A stretch of DNA of 64,000 nt from positions 124,001-188,000 of the forward strand of contig CT868529.1 in NCBI GenBank assembly GCA_000165425.1. Reading direction: 5' to 3'. Below the pieces are notes generated by a model that ran no database searches, had not been told where the DNA came from, and worked only from the letters and a program-made list of their open reading frames with translations. The stretch comes from Paramecium tetraurelia. Lineage: Eukaryota. Below are positions 14,301-27,362 of the stretch, piece by piece. The position numbers and the translations under genes are program-made. Numbering within the stretch: position 1 is the first letter of the stretch; every line of letters starts with the position of its first letter.

Positions 14301-16355
14301 ATCAGCATCTCTTTCAAATTGATTTCTTTCATTTCTGACCTTTTGTAATTACTCATTCAAATGATCATTGATTTATAATAATCTTTAGTTATCTAATTTG
14401 AGTTCATCAAGTTCTCCCTCTTATGTATGATATTTATTATCAAGTGCAAGATTCTCATTCTATAATTATCCAAATTGAGTTTATAAGATTCCCTTTTCTG
14501 AAATAGCATCAGCCAAAAGGTTTCTCAATGTTGATATTTCATCTTCTAAGAATGGTATTTATTTTAATTAAGCTTCTTATGATGCTTTAATAAATGAGAG
14601 CTCTTCAACTTCCAACAATCTCTTTTAGATTTCACCTCTCAAATGATCAACTTCGTCTCTCAGTAATTACTTCTCTGATTCAAGTACTTGTACTTCTCCT
14701 TTATACAAACGTAAAGCTCCTACTTCTCTCAAAGCAGCTGCTAACTTTTCTTTGCAAGTAGTAAGTTCTTAAACCTTAAAATGTACTTATTGTTTAAGAT
14801 TCTCAACTTCTAATTTCAATCCTTAAAGATGATTTAACTCATTCTATAATTAATCAATAATATCATCTTATTATTTAATTTTATCATCTCTAAGATTGAT
14901 TCTCTCTTGCTTTGATGCTAATTCCTATTGCAAAGTCTTGATAGTTCCTTATAATGAGTCGATACTTGCATTTTCAGTTCTTAATTAAATGTTAACCTTT
15001 TCAAGGGATGAATACTTCAATCTCCAACCATCTAATTCAGCTTCTCTTTACTTAAGAAGTGATTGTAATCTATCAATTTCACTCTACATCTACAATAACT
15101 TATTCTCAGTAATAATAGTAACTGAAGATCCTCCTTACAATTTAAATAATTCAGCATCTCTTGTTTAGACATCATGATTTAGATCATCAATTTGTTGTAA
15201 TTTCAAATCTAATTGATGTTGTACATTATGTAAATCAGATCTTAATTATTCAATTATAGTAGTTTATTCTCTGAGTTCAGATACTTAAGATTACAATTTA
15301 CCTAATTCTTCCATCAATCTTTTGATTTCATCATTCAATCTAGCATTCTCATCATTAAGTTATTGCACATCATTTTCTAATTCCTCGTTTCTAGCCTACT
15401 CTGCTTAAATGAGAGTCTCATAATCAATAGCCTTTCCTCTCCAATCCTCACATTCTTATTGCGATTATGATAACTCCTATTTTAATTTAATTATTTGTTG
15501 ATGTAAGCTCTCGACATCTCCCTTCTATTATGGCACTTCCTTTAGGCTGTTGTCCCAATTTACCCTTATAATTATTTCAATTCTAATATAATTTCATTAT
15601 TATTTACAATCTTCCAAATCTTTTTTTTCCTTTTCAGCTCTCAAGCATCTCTCCTTCCAATTACTCAAATCCTATTACAATTTACTGATCTTCTATTCCA
15701 ATTCAGAGGTCTTCATATCTGTGTTAGTGATGGTGCTTATCTATTTTTCTATAGTAACAAAACGATTTTTCCATTCATTAACTTATTTTTTTGATTGATC
15801 CAACTGCTTTTGTAATCTTTGGATTTCTTCATTCTAATTTTTTTGAGTCCTAATATGTTATTCCAATTCGTTTATTGATATTCTAGCTTAATCCAAATCA
15901 CCTATCTTCTGTTTCAGCGATTGATTCAATTTCTTATTCTCTCCAATTAAAATTTCAACTCTATCTTATAATTGTTAGATCTAAGATCAAATCATTTTTA
16001 TACAGTCTCTTCGTATGAAGTGTTACGATCCAGCTCAGCTTAAAGCTCCAGATATTTCTTGCGCCATAAATCTATCTCCTTTTACTGTTCGGCAATCCTC
16101 TATTCACAAAAAGTATGATCTGCTTCTTTAACAATTACTTATGTCTTTATTTGAGTCCTTGGTTACTCTTGTCTTACTGAACCCTTCTATTCTCTTACGA
16201 TATATTCTGCTAATAAATATAGAACTATTACAAGTGACTGGTTGCATAGGCACAATCGTTTCCTGAATAGGAATAACAGTAGTCTCCCTGGGATTTTAAG
16301 ACGTTCTCGGTGGAGACACAAAATGACGTACAGATGCAGGCAATACTCTACTCAT
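11377..16355 (-). CDS. Large coiled-coil protein (~1600 aa), probably cytoskeletal/cortical
   Basis: E/Q/K/L heptads with recurring EN.RLN and W(K/R) motifs; S/T/P/Q-rich termini; several tiny introns; ends RSYARRY-TGA. Confidence 0.8.
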
Positions 16356-16579
16356 TAAAATTTATTTTAATTAATAAATATCTATTTTTCTAGTTAATTA
16401 AAACCTGAATTTTGTTTTTATCAGAAAAAAATTCGTTATGATTAGATTTGTAATAATTATTATCAAAAATCAAAGATATCAAGGAAATCAAAGAAATCTA
16501 TTCCCACTCTTACACTATTCCCTAAACCATTACTGCTCATTTTATTCCTAAATAAATCATATACATATTTTAATAATTT

Positions 16580-17463
16580 ATGTAATTTTTATAAAAATCA
16601 CATATTCCTAAAGCTATCCAAATAATTTAAGTTATCGAATTCTTCACAGAATATTTTGCAAAACTGCCTTAAAGTAAATTAATACATTAAATCAAGAAAG
16701 AATATACTAAAACTTTTTAATCCTTGAAATTTTAAAATTGTTTCTCAAATTGAGAAAATGGCATCTAATTGATAAATATGGATTGATGATATCAGAGAAT
16801 AATAAATTTAGAGAAGCAGACCATCGCGAAGATTCAGCTGTCAATTTATTCTAAGAGAAATGGGGAGGATTACAAAAAGATCCTCCTATTGTGGACATCA
16901 AATTGGCCAAAGAACAACTAAAAAAAGTCAATGAGCCCATGTTAGAATTCAATTAGGGTTAATATGATACTATTGGAGATAAGTAAGTATCTATAATAAA
17001 AACACTCCCTATTCCTAATAGTCTAAAAAAGAGAGATTATGATTCCTAATTGAATATCCTAAGAGTATTGTCTTTATTAAACTGTAGGTCCAAATAGGCG
17101 AAATACTATATCTGCTACGTCCTTTAGTTTATTGTTCTTGCATTCTAAAGTTTGGAACAAGAAGTTACTCGCCTTACTTAATTTCATTATCTATTGATAT
17201 CTTGAGATTCCTCATTCAATTCAAAATACAGATCTTTAGAAAAAGTTAGAAAGAGGAGCTGCGTCTAAGAGCCAAAGATGCCATTGTAATTATCGCTAAT
17301 ATCTTAGATCTGCTATGTTCTCAGGGATCCATTTTATAGTCAGATTTTAAAATAGAAGTGCTTAAACAAGGTATTAGGATTATTAGTAAAAGAAGAAAAC
17401 ATACTTCATCGACTTGTAATCGGACTTTTGGACCTAAGATCATCAAAATGTTTATTATTATGA
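16580..17463 (+). CDS. PEX16: Peroxisomal membrane biogenesis protein Pex16-like
   Basis: GEILYLLRPLVYCSCILKFGTRSYSPYLISLSID and EELRLR...YVLRDPFY match the Pex16 core; three tiny introns; start inferred. Confidence 0.72.
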
Positions 17464-17512
17464 AGTTAAGTATTTTTTATTTTTATAAATTATATTAAAT
17501 GTAATAGTAAAA

Positions 17513-18963
17513 TCATATTCTAGTTTTTAAAGATTTTTACTAAGAAATCAATAGATTAATTTATTAGTTTATATCCTTAATCTAAGCCAAGATTTAAATC
17601 AATTCTTATCTCAAAGTCTGTTTGACTCTCATATCTGTCTCGATTTAAGCTTACTTTACAATTGAATCATATTTCTAGTCAAGTTCTTCCAACATTAATT
17701 CCAATTTGATTATTTATCTTGATATATTCTCATACTCCTAAGTATCTTCGTTATTCTTCTTGATAATTACAATACTATTGTCATCGTCCGTAGTTAATTT
17801 GATTTACTCTTACTCTGAAGTAGGTGCTTGAGTAATGGAAATCTTTTTGACCTATTTTTTATTTGAAGTCTGTTAGTATTAATCTTTGGAGTCCTGTCTT
17901 TACACCAATAATTATAATTCAAAGATTTTGCCATTTAACTACTCAATCTGTTTATGTTTTTGAGATTCTATTCTCTCATATTGTAATTTAAGTAGCTGAA
18001 TATCTGAAAGCAATTAAGAATTTTATTATTTTTGCTAGTCCAATTAGTTGACTAGATCAGCATTTTTAGTTTATAATTATTTGATATCAAATTCCATATG
18101 TTGGAATTTATCAACAGGATATTGAGTGGTATACCAATCTAGATATTGTTATAATTCTTGGATTTATTCTTTATATTATTTTAAGTCCTGATTCATTTTG
18201 GACATACTCTCATTCCATTATTTGCTGCTTTTTACAAATGTATCTAATTGTAATTGATAATTTATAGTAATCTATTGATAGAATGAAAGGATTATACCTA
18301 TTTTTCTTTTTACAATTATTAATTTAATTAAGTGATCTTTTTTTTATAACTCTCATTTGTATCTAAATTCAAATTTAATTATTGTTATCTATATTAATAT
18401 CTTTAGATTACATATTATTAATCTCTTCTGCTAATTCTCGAATCTTTGACTCATTCTAACTAATCTAAAATTTATAATCAGAATGAATGTAAGCAATCTT
18501 ATCCTCATTCTCAATTTCTGACTATTTCAATTTCTTGTCCAGTTCCTTAATTTTTTCATCTTTTTCATCATTTTTATCATTTTTAAATACATCATGTTTA
18601 GTCATAGTGCTTAATAGTTTTTCAACCTTATTTCTTTATTTACTTTTAACATGAGCAGTCGAACAATAATTTTACGATATATTCTATAAATGTTAAATGA
18701 TTGAATCATACGATTTACTCATTGAGAATGCCGTTCTCTCCTTCTAGAGTTCTTATCCTATCTTATAAGGCCTTCATTGCCTTTAAATAACTAGGAGACA
18801 TTGGTTAACTAAGAGATAGCTTTTTATCAATCGACTCTTCCGATTTCAATTTGGATGTAAAAACACTATTTCCGAGATTGAAAGAGGAGTAAAAGTTTTT
18901 GTGATCGATTTTGTTCTTAATCTATTGAGCTAGGAATTTAGTTTAAAAACTATCTGCCTTCAT
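17513..18963 (-). CDS. Hypothetical coiled-coil protein
   Basis: Long open frame (ciliate code), Q/E/K-rich heptads. Confidence 0.65.
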
Positions 18964-18995
18964 ATATGTTTGTTATAAATTAATAAATTAAATAA

Positions 18996-20057
18996 TCAAA
19001 TTATTTTTCTTCTCTTATCTCTAAAGTATATAACAACAAGCACAATAATGGAGCACAAGCATATGAAAGCTCCAGCAAAATATGAACCAACCAGAACCTA
19101 TGAATCGATCTCAGAATGTTACCATATTTTTCTATCCAAATATCGTTGTGGTTGTCATAAAGAAACTCTTGACCATATCAGATGAATACAGTTACTCGTT
19201 GTAAGCTAATGAATTTAAAATAAGAATTACTATTATTTACAACCAATACATATTGTCCTTTGCTTAGATCATTCTAAATTCTACCCCACAATTTCTTTAA
19301 TCTACCCTACCCGGCTGTTCTCATCCAAACCATAAAGTGTTCTTTTAGTTCATTTAAAACATTGTACCATCTTCAATATTGGTCCAAGCAAACTTTTCCC
19401 ATCCCTTAGGGTTTTTGAAGTTAAATTCTCTGTCACTTTCCCAAGCTATATCTGTTTCATCAATCTCAACTATTTCTCCTTTAGAATTTTTTAATTTAAA
19501 TGTATCAGTAAAATACGTGTAGGCTATTTCACCACACGGAAAGGCATTCTCACTCTTATTTAACTAGTTGCCACCGTAAGATTTCACTTTCTCTGTATTT
19601 TTATTAATTTCAAATAGCTACCCATATCAGAATTCGTTTGATAATCTCCACAATTAGAAAGATCAGCATCCGTATTCCCTTTCAATTATTCAATAGATTT
19701 TGATTTGAAATAATTTCGATTTCTTCTGTAAAAGTTCTCGAGTTAATAGTATACAAAAATTGGTGCTGTCATGTCACTAGATATTTCAATTGGTATTTCG
19801 CAATTAAGTTAATTGGCTGTGCATGAGGACCCATAATAAACCTCCTTTTCGACTATTTGCAAATTGAATACTAAAAATATGATTGCAAAGACCAATAAAA
19901 ATATTCCTATGTTACAAGCACTAATACCAATTATACTAAATATTATCAGATTTCTTTTGAAGTTCTTATGGAATTTCCATTTCTTTATGGCAATATTCAA
20001 AAATTCTTCTTAATCCTCTCTAAATTATTTCGAAAATGAGTTAGAATATTCAGCCAT
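18996..20057 (-). CDS. CDC50/LEM3 family P4-ATPase (flippase) beta subunit
   Basis: Two TM segments; FVYYQLENFYRRNRNYFKS, PCGEIAYTYFTDTF, IAWESD, HFMVWMRTAG and LKKLWGRI. Confidence 0.93.
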
Positions 20058-20812
20058 TAATTTTATTAAATATTATAATCATTATCTAACTTTACTCATT
20101 ACTTTACAGCTCTACTCATTCCTTCCAAAAGAACCAAGGCGACATATTAGTTCAAAAGTATAGTCAATTTGAAAGAATAACAACAGATGTTTATTTTAAA
20201 TAAATGAAAAAATACAAATATTCAAGTAATTCAAACTGTGGAGAATGTAAACAATTGAATAGGAATTAACTTTAAAAAGAATAACATCACAGATTTAATG
20301 AAATCAGGAACATTAAAGTATTTAGCTAATTTTGAAAAGTGCCACATAATATGCTTTGAATTCTTTGTAATCAGATAAATTATAATCATTATTGAATTTT
20401 TTATACCAATCAAATACTAACTAAAATCTTGATTTCGTTTGTGATTGATAGATAATTGAAAAAACATCTTTAATTTAATACCTAATTTAATCTATTTAGA
20501 AATAATAAAAAGATCAACCTAATAAGAATAATGAATAAAATTAAGATTTGTCTTATTTTTAAATAAAGAAACACCTAATCGAAAATAAGCATAAATCACT
20601 GTATGACAGAGATCAATAAAAATAATTAATTACAAGATTAAGAGAATATAATTCAAAATTAGAATAGCAAGAAGAGTAAAATCATAAAATAGAGAGTGAG
20701 ATAAAAAAACGAAAGAGTGTGTTTGTGATTGATCCTTTCTTATTTTAGATTTTCAATAAGGAAATTTTTAATTATATAGTTTGAATAATATATATCAACA
20801 GATCAAATATTA

Positions 20813-21628
20813 ATGCATAAATTAAGATAATTACAAGAAAAAGAAATTCAATGTCACCCAACTTAAAAAGTCTTTGTACCTTTCATTTAAGAACGAGATT
20901 CTTTAGGTAAACTGCAAACAAATCACAAAAGAAATACTTCGCAAAAATCAACATTGAAAAAGAAATCTAATACAAAGGTATGAATATGTAAATTTAATGT
21001 AAAGAAACTTACAAATAGTAAAAGTGAACATACAAAATCAAAAATTAATTTTTTAAAAGATGTTTACACCATAAATCATAATACGGAATGGGCCAATTTG
21101 ACTAATATTTCTAGATTGGAAAAAAAATTTAATTTGAGAATTCAGACTGAATTTGTTTTGTAGAAACCACTTACATTTTTAAATTCAAAACTATAGTTGA
21201 ATGGTGGTTTCGTCTAACATAGAGCAAACACTTAATTAAATAATTCGCCAAAGCTTGGAAAAAATCTTTGCATGAACTCTGTACCTCCAATTGGGTATTA
21301 TTAACCTAAAGATTTGCCAATTAAAAAATAGCCAATGTTTGTTAAAATGAATTTATAGCAGGATACTAATAGATAGACAAAAAAGGTTTTAAAAACAGAA
21401 TGCTCATCAACAATATCGATTCCTAAATTAGAATTCTCTAATATCAGAATTTTAAACAAAATTCCTTAAGAATTATTTGAAAAAGCGTATTTAACAGAGA
21501 GATTGTCTACAGAACACAAATTCAGATACACTCCTTTACATTTTGATAACGAAGAAATAGAACAATAAGAGTATAAGATAAATTAATTAAGATAAATTTA
21601 TAAAGTTATGAAAAACAGTATTTCTTGA
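20813..21628 (+). CDS. Hypothetical basic protein
   Basis: Open frame with one 27-nt intron; K/S/T-rich; no recognisable domain. Confidence 0.6.
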
Positions 21629-21663
21629 TTCCATTTTGTAAATATTGTTATATTGTAATTTTT

Positions 21664-23582
21664 TCAATCCTTTAACCATTTTCCATAGAACAACTCATAA
21701 ATTTTATATCTAATTTAAGCAGAATCCTATAGAGATTCAATAAATCCTATACAACTAAACCAATCATCATAAGTAGCTGTTTCTACTCCACAAATGTAAT
21801 AGTTTCTAGTTCCTTTTTTTAGAAATAGTTTTTTTAGATCCCTAAGATAATTATTAAATTAATTAAATTACTTTAAATATTAATTGTAACGAGCTTCACT
21901 TCCAGTGGCATAACTATAAATGTACTTCTTTAATATTTCCTCATCATGTCTCATCTTATAACCCAAAGTTGAAACATCTTCAATACTTGAACTTTATAAC
22001 CCATAATATTCTAAGAAATTGTAAGCAATATCCCAATTCAAAATGGCATTTTATCCTTCCTTATTAGCCTTTGCAAGATCTAATCTATATTATGAGTAAT
22101 CTATGATCTAATTAGTTTTCCCATTAAATTAGAAAACTCTAAAGGATGGATTATATCTTGTGAATGTTGTAACTGAAGGTGCAATATAGAGAGTTTTAAT
22201 GTACCTTCCATCAATTCTTGATCTAATATGGGAAATTTAATCGGAATGGGTGTGTCCTAGAATTAATGAATTATTACCATAAAAAAGACCTGATACCACG
22301 TGTTCAAATCTTTCAATAACAACACTAAAACGATCAGCCCATTAAGTATTGCATGATATGTCACCTGGTGGGATATGTGCAATAATGATAGCAAATTGAT
22401 TTTTGGATTCTGAATCATATAACTCTTCAACTAACCACTTTAACATTCCTCTTGGATCAGTAACTCCTTCCATCAAAAAGAAATTATCATAATCATAGGC
22501 TTAAGAATTAAGAGCAATGACTTTAAGGTTTCGTTTCTCATCAACTTAGGAATAGTATCCATTTCTTCTCAATTGATAATATGCTTCTTAACTTAGATAT
22601 TATTTCCACATTTCTGCTGTTTCGTCTCTCAACCATTATGAAGACTCTCCTTTCATATCATATTATTCAGCAGGATAAGCCTCATGGTTTCCGTACATTG
22701 CATACATTTATGTTGTTGGCATAGTCTTCTATATCTCTTCAGTTATGATCCTTGTTGGAACAGTTTAATTTGATTCCAATTACTACCAAACATCATGTGC
22801 AATACTGTCTCCTGTCCAAATAATGAAATCAGGTTTTATCTATTCTTTTGTGAATTCTAATAAATTTTAAACCGTCCTAAATGGCAAATCACAACTAGCC
22901 AATGTTCCCCAATACTAAGCTCCTTTGCTAGGATCCTTTGGTGTTCCATATTCTTTCCTGCAACAAAGAGGAGCATCACAAAAAGCATCAGCGCCTTCGG
23001 TGTACTCTGTATCAATGTGTAAATCTGTGTATTGTACGACCTTATAATCCTCATTATTGATCAGCAAGGCTTCGGCTTATTCTTTCCAACTTTATTATTG
23101 TTGTTTTGTAAGTTTGTCATGCATGACTTCATTTATATATTCTTTTAAAGTTTATGGGTGATGTTCTAACTTACAGGCCCCTAAAAGCTAACAAGCATTT
23201 GATGGTTTCAGATAATTTCTATAGGTTATACAAAATCTTTACTCAATAAAGTGCACTGCAAATTCGTCATGATACTATCTACTTTTGCCAAGACAATGAG
23301 GCATGTTATAGAAATGAGGGCATAGAGCAAGATATTCCTTTTTTATGATGGTCAATAAGGTGTTTTTTGAGAATTTTTAAACTTGTTTCATCATCAACTT
23401 GCATGGCAAACAGAATAAGTGTAAACTAACATAACAATTGATGTATTGTACTCATGAGGCAATTCAACCCCCACATAATTGGCCACTCTTTTGAGTAATT
23501 CTTTTTTGAGATGTTATTCTGGTGTTTATTATGTCAGGGTTATACTGATTAAGACAAAGATTATCAATAAAGAATATTTCAT
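21664..23582 (-). CDS. Acid sphingomyelinase-like metallophosphoesterase with saposin B-like domain
   Basis: Signal peptide and Cys-spaced saposin region; DLHID, CDAPLCC, WTGDSIAHD, GNHE, HIPPG and GHTH motifs. Confidence 0.92.
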
Positions 23583-23736
23583 TAATTTATAAAATGATTT
23601 AAGAAAAAATATCATTGATAAGATTATATCATATTTGTAAGAATAATAATAACTAAAATAAATATGATATATCTCTTCATAACTGTCTCCTAGAAAAGTT
23701 AACTTTGGAATATATTATTCAGAAAATTATTATAAT

Positions 23737-24487
23737 TCAACTTAATTCTGTCCACTCTGGATTTCAAAAGAATCTGAAAATAAATTTACTGCATCTTGAT
23801 CCAAAAAAAAATCTTCCACATAGACTTTTTCTTCAAAACCCTATTTAAGATTTAAATCAGTCTTAATTTGCTCCTATGACTCCTTCTTAACTAATCTCTT
23901 GGTTTCTAAACTTTCAGATTCCTTCTCTCTCCTTGAATTTTACTCTTATTTAAATTTAACTTCTTATAATTTAGATAGACATCCATGTTCCTGTAATATT
24001 GTTTAGACTTTGAATTTGATATCATATTCCGATAGAAATTTATCCATCCACATTTTTGAGGCTTTGAAAGTGTCACTATTGAAGATTTCAAGGGCTTTAG
24101 ATTTAATAAAGTCTCTGGTAATTTTCTTTCCACCTTTCTTGGTTTCACTCAATATCCATTACTCAAGTTCTGAAACAGCCTATGGATTAACTCTCTTTCT
24201 TCCACATCCTTATTTTCTCACATAACCTTGATTAAACCATCTCTTTAAATTTCTGATTGTAGTATTATATTTTTGACTCTATATTTCAAAGTTCTCATCT
24301 GAAGGGTTAGCTGCTAATGCTTCGATAGCTTCTTTTTTTTCATCTGCACTCAGGATATAATGACAAGTATTTTACTTATGCAAGTACGTTACTATTATGT
24401 AGAAAGAATATGGAATTCTAAAAGTAAGAATATATGATAATTTTATAATTAAACTACAAGGGTCAATTATTTGATCATTATTGACAT
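23737..24487 (-). CDS. Double HTH DNA-binding protein, CENP-B/pogo type (start uncertain)
   Basis: LSADEKKEAIEAL...KYNTTIRNLKRW (HTH1), linker GCGRKR, then ELEQWIL...ITRDFIKSKALEIF...FKASKMWMDKFL (CENP-B-type HTH); no DDE domain follows. Confidence 0.7.
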
Positions 24488-24566
24488 GAAACAAGATATA
24501 ACATTTAAATAATAGTTGATTACAAAAATAAAAATTGTTTTCTATGAATTTATCAATATTTGATCA

Positions 24567-26622
24567 TCATGAATTTACAATTGTAGTCATTGTTCTTTTC
24601 AAATTTTTTATTTGAATATCAGAAGGATTTCCTCCTGCTTCTTATTGTTTACCTCCATTTCTAAGTTATTGGGATTAAAATTTAAGTTCTTTGAAATTTG
24701 AAGAACCTAATACATCACTTATTCTTCTGTATTTTTTTAAAGAAATTTATTAGTTTTATGGTTATACGCATATTTAATTTATTTATTCTTTTATTTCTTA
24801 TAGATGATCTTTTTTTATTTCAGGTTTGAATGTTACTTTTAGTTATTATTTGACTGGTCTCTCAACAAAATCATCCTCAGAACTTAGCGTTTAAACTAGA
24901 ATAGGATCCAATTCAATCACCAATAAATCACTCTTAATAAATCCTGATTAATTGCATCCCCCGAATATGTAAAGTTTCGAATCAATACAAGAAGAAGTAT
25001 GATTACATCTTCCTGCTACTTAATTACCTCTGATGTCTACACTTATCCAAGTTTGATTTTTGATATCCAAAAGATGAAGATCATTGAGGAATCCATTTAT
25101 ATTTAGATCGTCATTCTTTCCTCCATAAATAGCCAATAATTGATATTTATCCACATAACTCATTGAATGTTGACAGCGACCAACTATAGATTGAAACAAA
25201 TAAGATACTTGGTGACATCCCCTTCGTTTAAACCTATTCAAACCCCACAGGCTTAGTTGTTGTATCTATTCTTATTAATCCATCCAAGTAATGTCCATTT
25301 TTATCGAAGCCACCAAATATATAGATTCCTTAATTGCTTAATTTACCATCACTATCACTTTTGTAGAGTTCAATTTGATTGCTAAAATAGACAGCAGCAG
25401 ATTTATGAAAGGCAACACCATCTGGAAAACAACTGTTCTGCTCAGTTACTACTTGACTCCATCTTTAAGTAATTAAATCAAATGCAATAACATCCCTTAG
25501 ATATTAACCCTTCAGATCGATTCCTCCATGAACAATCATACTCCTTCCAATTACCTCTGCGATGTGAGACTTTCTAGGGGGAATAATACCTGTTTGCTTC
25601 AATACTTTCAGCTCATTAGAGACTAAATTATTTATGGGCTAAATTTACTTAAATTAATTATCTTAATATCACATGTAATTTCGCTAAATATTCTTTTATT
25701 ACTAGGTATTTGATGAACCTCTCCACCGAAGATTATCATGTAATTTTTATAGAGTGCGGCTGAATGATTGCTTCGGAAGCCATTCTACTGTTGATCATCT
25801 AGTTTTACCTATTGCCATTTGTAAATTTCTAACATATTTAAAGATTACACTTTTATCAACATAAGCGCAACAAAAGTCTTCATTTTACTTAGCCCCTGCT
25901 CCACCATACAAAAACAAATGATGATTGTATGAGAGCATAGTGCTGCCATTTCTTGAACACGGTTACCATTAAATTGATACATCTTTATAGATATAGACAT
26001 TTTGCTTTTTGATTCTAATTTCGTTTATTTGTTCACTTAGTTTCATCTGCAAATCCTAAGCATCTTTATTCTTATTATTTAGATCATTCAGCTTACTAAT
26101 TCTTATTTGTTTTCTTATGGATTCCATTCTTTACAAATCTTAATATTATAAAGATGGGTAAGATTTGATATCAGGACCCTTCGATTTGATTTTATTAAAA
26201 TATTTCCTTACTTCTTCAATGGATGATTCTTCCTATTTTTTATACTGTTCCTTTATTTTTCTAAATGTATCTCTGTTATGAATCATTTACATTTTTCGTG
26301 ATGTGTAGTACTTTAGTTAATCTACACGTTCCTCGGTGAATAATGAATGGCCATAATTATTCCATATTTACTTTGACTGTAGGAATGATCTTTTTAGTTC
26401 ACTTACTGCGCCTTAGTTAAGTTCTTTAAATCTCATGAAAGATGTTTTATCGCAATCAGGCAATTGTTATAGTAGTTCTATTTTGCTATCAAAGGCTACT
26501 TATTGAAATTATTCCAAAGGCAGAGGACTAAGCTTAGTGTTTGCCTATTTGAATTTTTTCAGAAGTAAACCAATATCAACTTTCTCACTTGGGCTTGTAT
26601 TCAAGTTTTTATTACTATTCAT
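24567..26622 (-). CDS. Kelch-repeat beta-propeller protein
   Basis: Repeats LFLYGG, RSNHSA..MIIFGG, RKSHIA..MIVHGG, IYIFGG, RCQHSM..LAIYGG and RCNHTS..LYIFGG. Confidence 0.88.
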
Positions 26623-26699
26623 ATAAATAAAATTTGCATTAAATTAATCTACGATTCCTTATTAATAAAATATATTATACAAATATACCTTTTAATTTA

Positions 26700-27240
26700 T
26701 GAATTGATTTAGAGAAAAAGCAAATTTCACTGATAAACCTAACCTGACTGCACTCTAAAATACATCAGCCCTAGAAACCTATTCCACAAGAGATGGGCTA
26801 CTCTCTACATTGATATCTTCCTTAATGTAAACAAGATCTCAGAACAAAAATTTTTAAGTATTACAAATCTAAGCTTTTAGTTTAACTAGAAAGTTAATTA
26901 GTTTAATTTGTTTGAGTTCAATTAAAAATGAAGAACGAAATAAACAAAAATCTAGGGAACATGAATTTATAAGATTTTGAATAGAAGAATACCATTAATG
27001 GAAATAGAATTTCTAAAAGCTATGTAATTTAATTGAATTTATCTAATCTTTAAATTATGATGGCATTGTTGGACTAAATTTTTAGGATAACAAAACAAGT
27101 CTTGTTTTCTCCTTAATTTTGTAGATATTCAAAGGAGTAGTAGAGATAAGATCTAGAATTAGATTAACATCATAAAAAGCAATCAGAACAAGATGAGAAT
27201 TGGAAATTTTGAACTTAAAAATAGGGTGTATTTTAATTGA
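26700..27240 (+). other. Possible small gene or decayed gene relic
   Basis: Coding-like stretches (open from ATG 26928 to TGA ~27212) and intron-like GT..AG, but no consistent model. Confidence 0.3.
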
Positions 27241-27362
27241 AAACTTACTAATTTCTAGTAAACACAGCAATTAATAATAATTATAGACCTATGATAAGAA
27301 TCTAAGTTGATGTTTAAAAATTTATTATTTATTTATTAATATTAATTTATTCAAGGCCTTTG

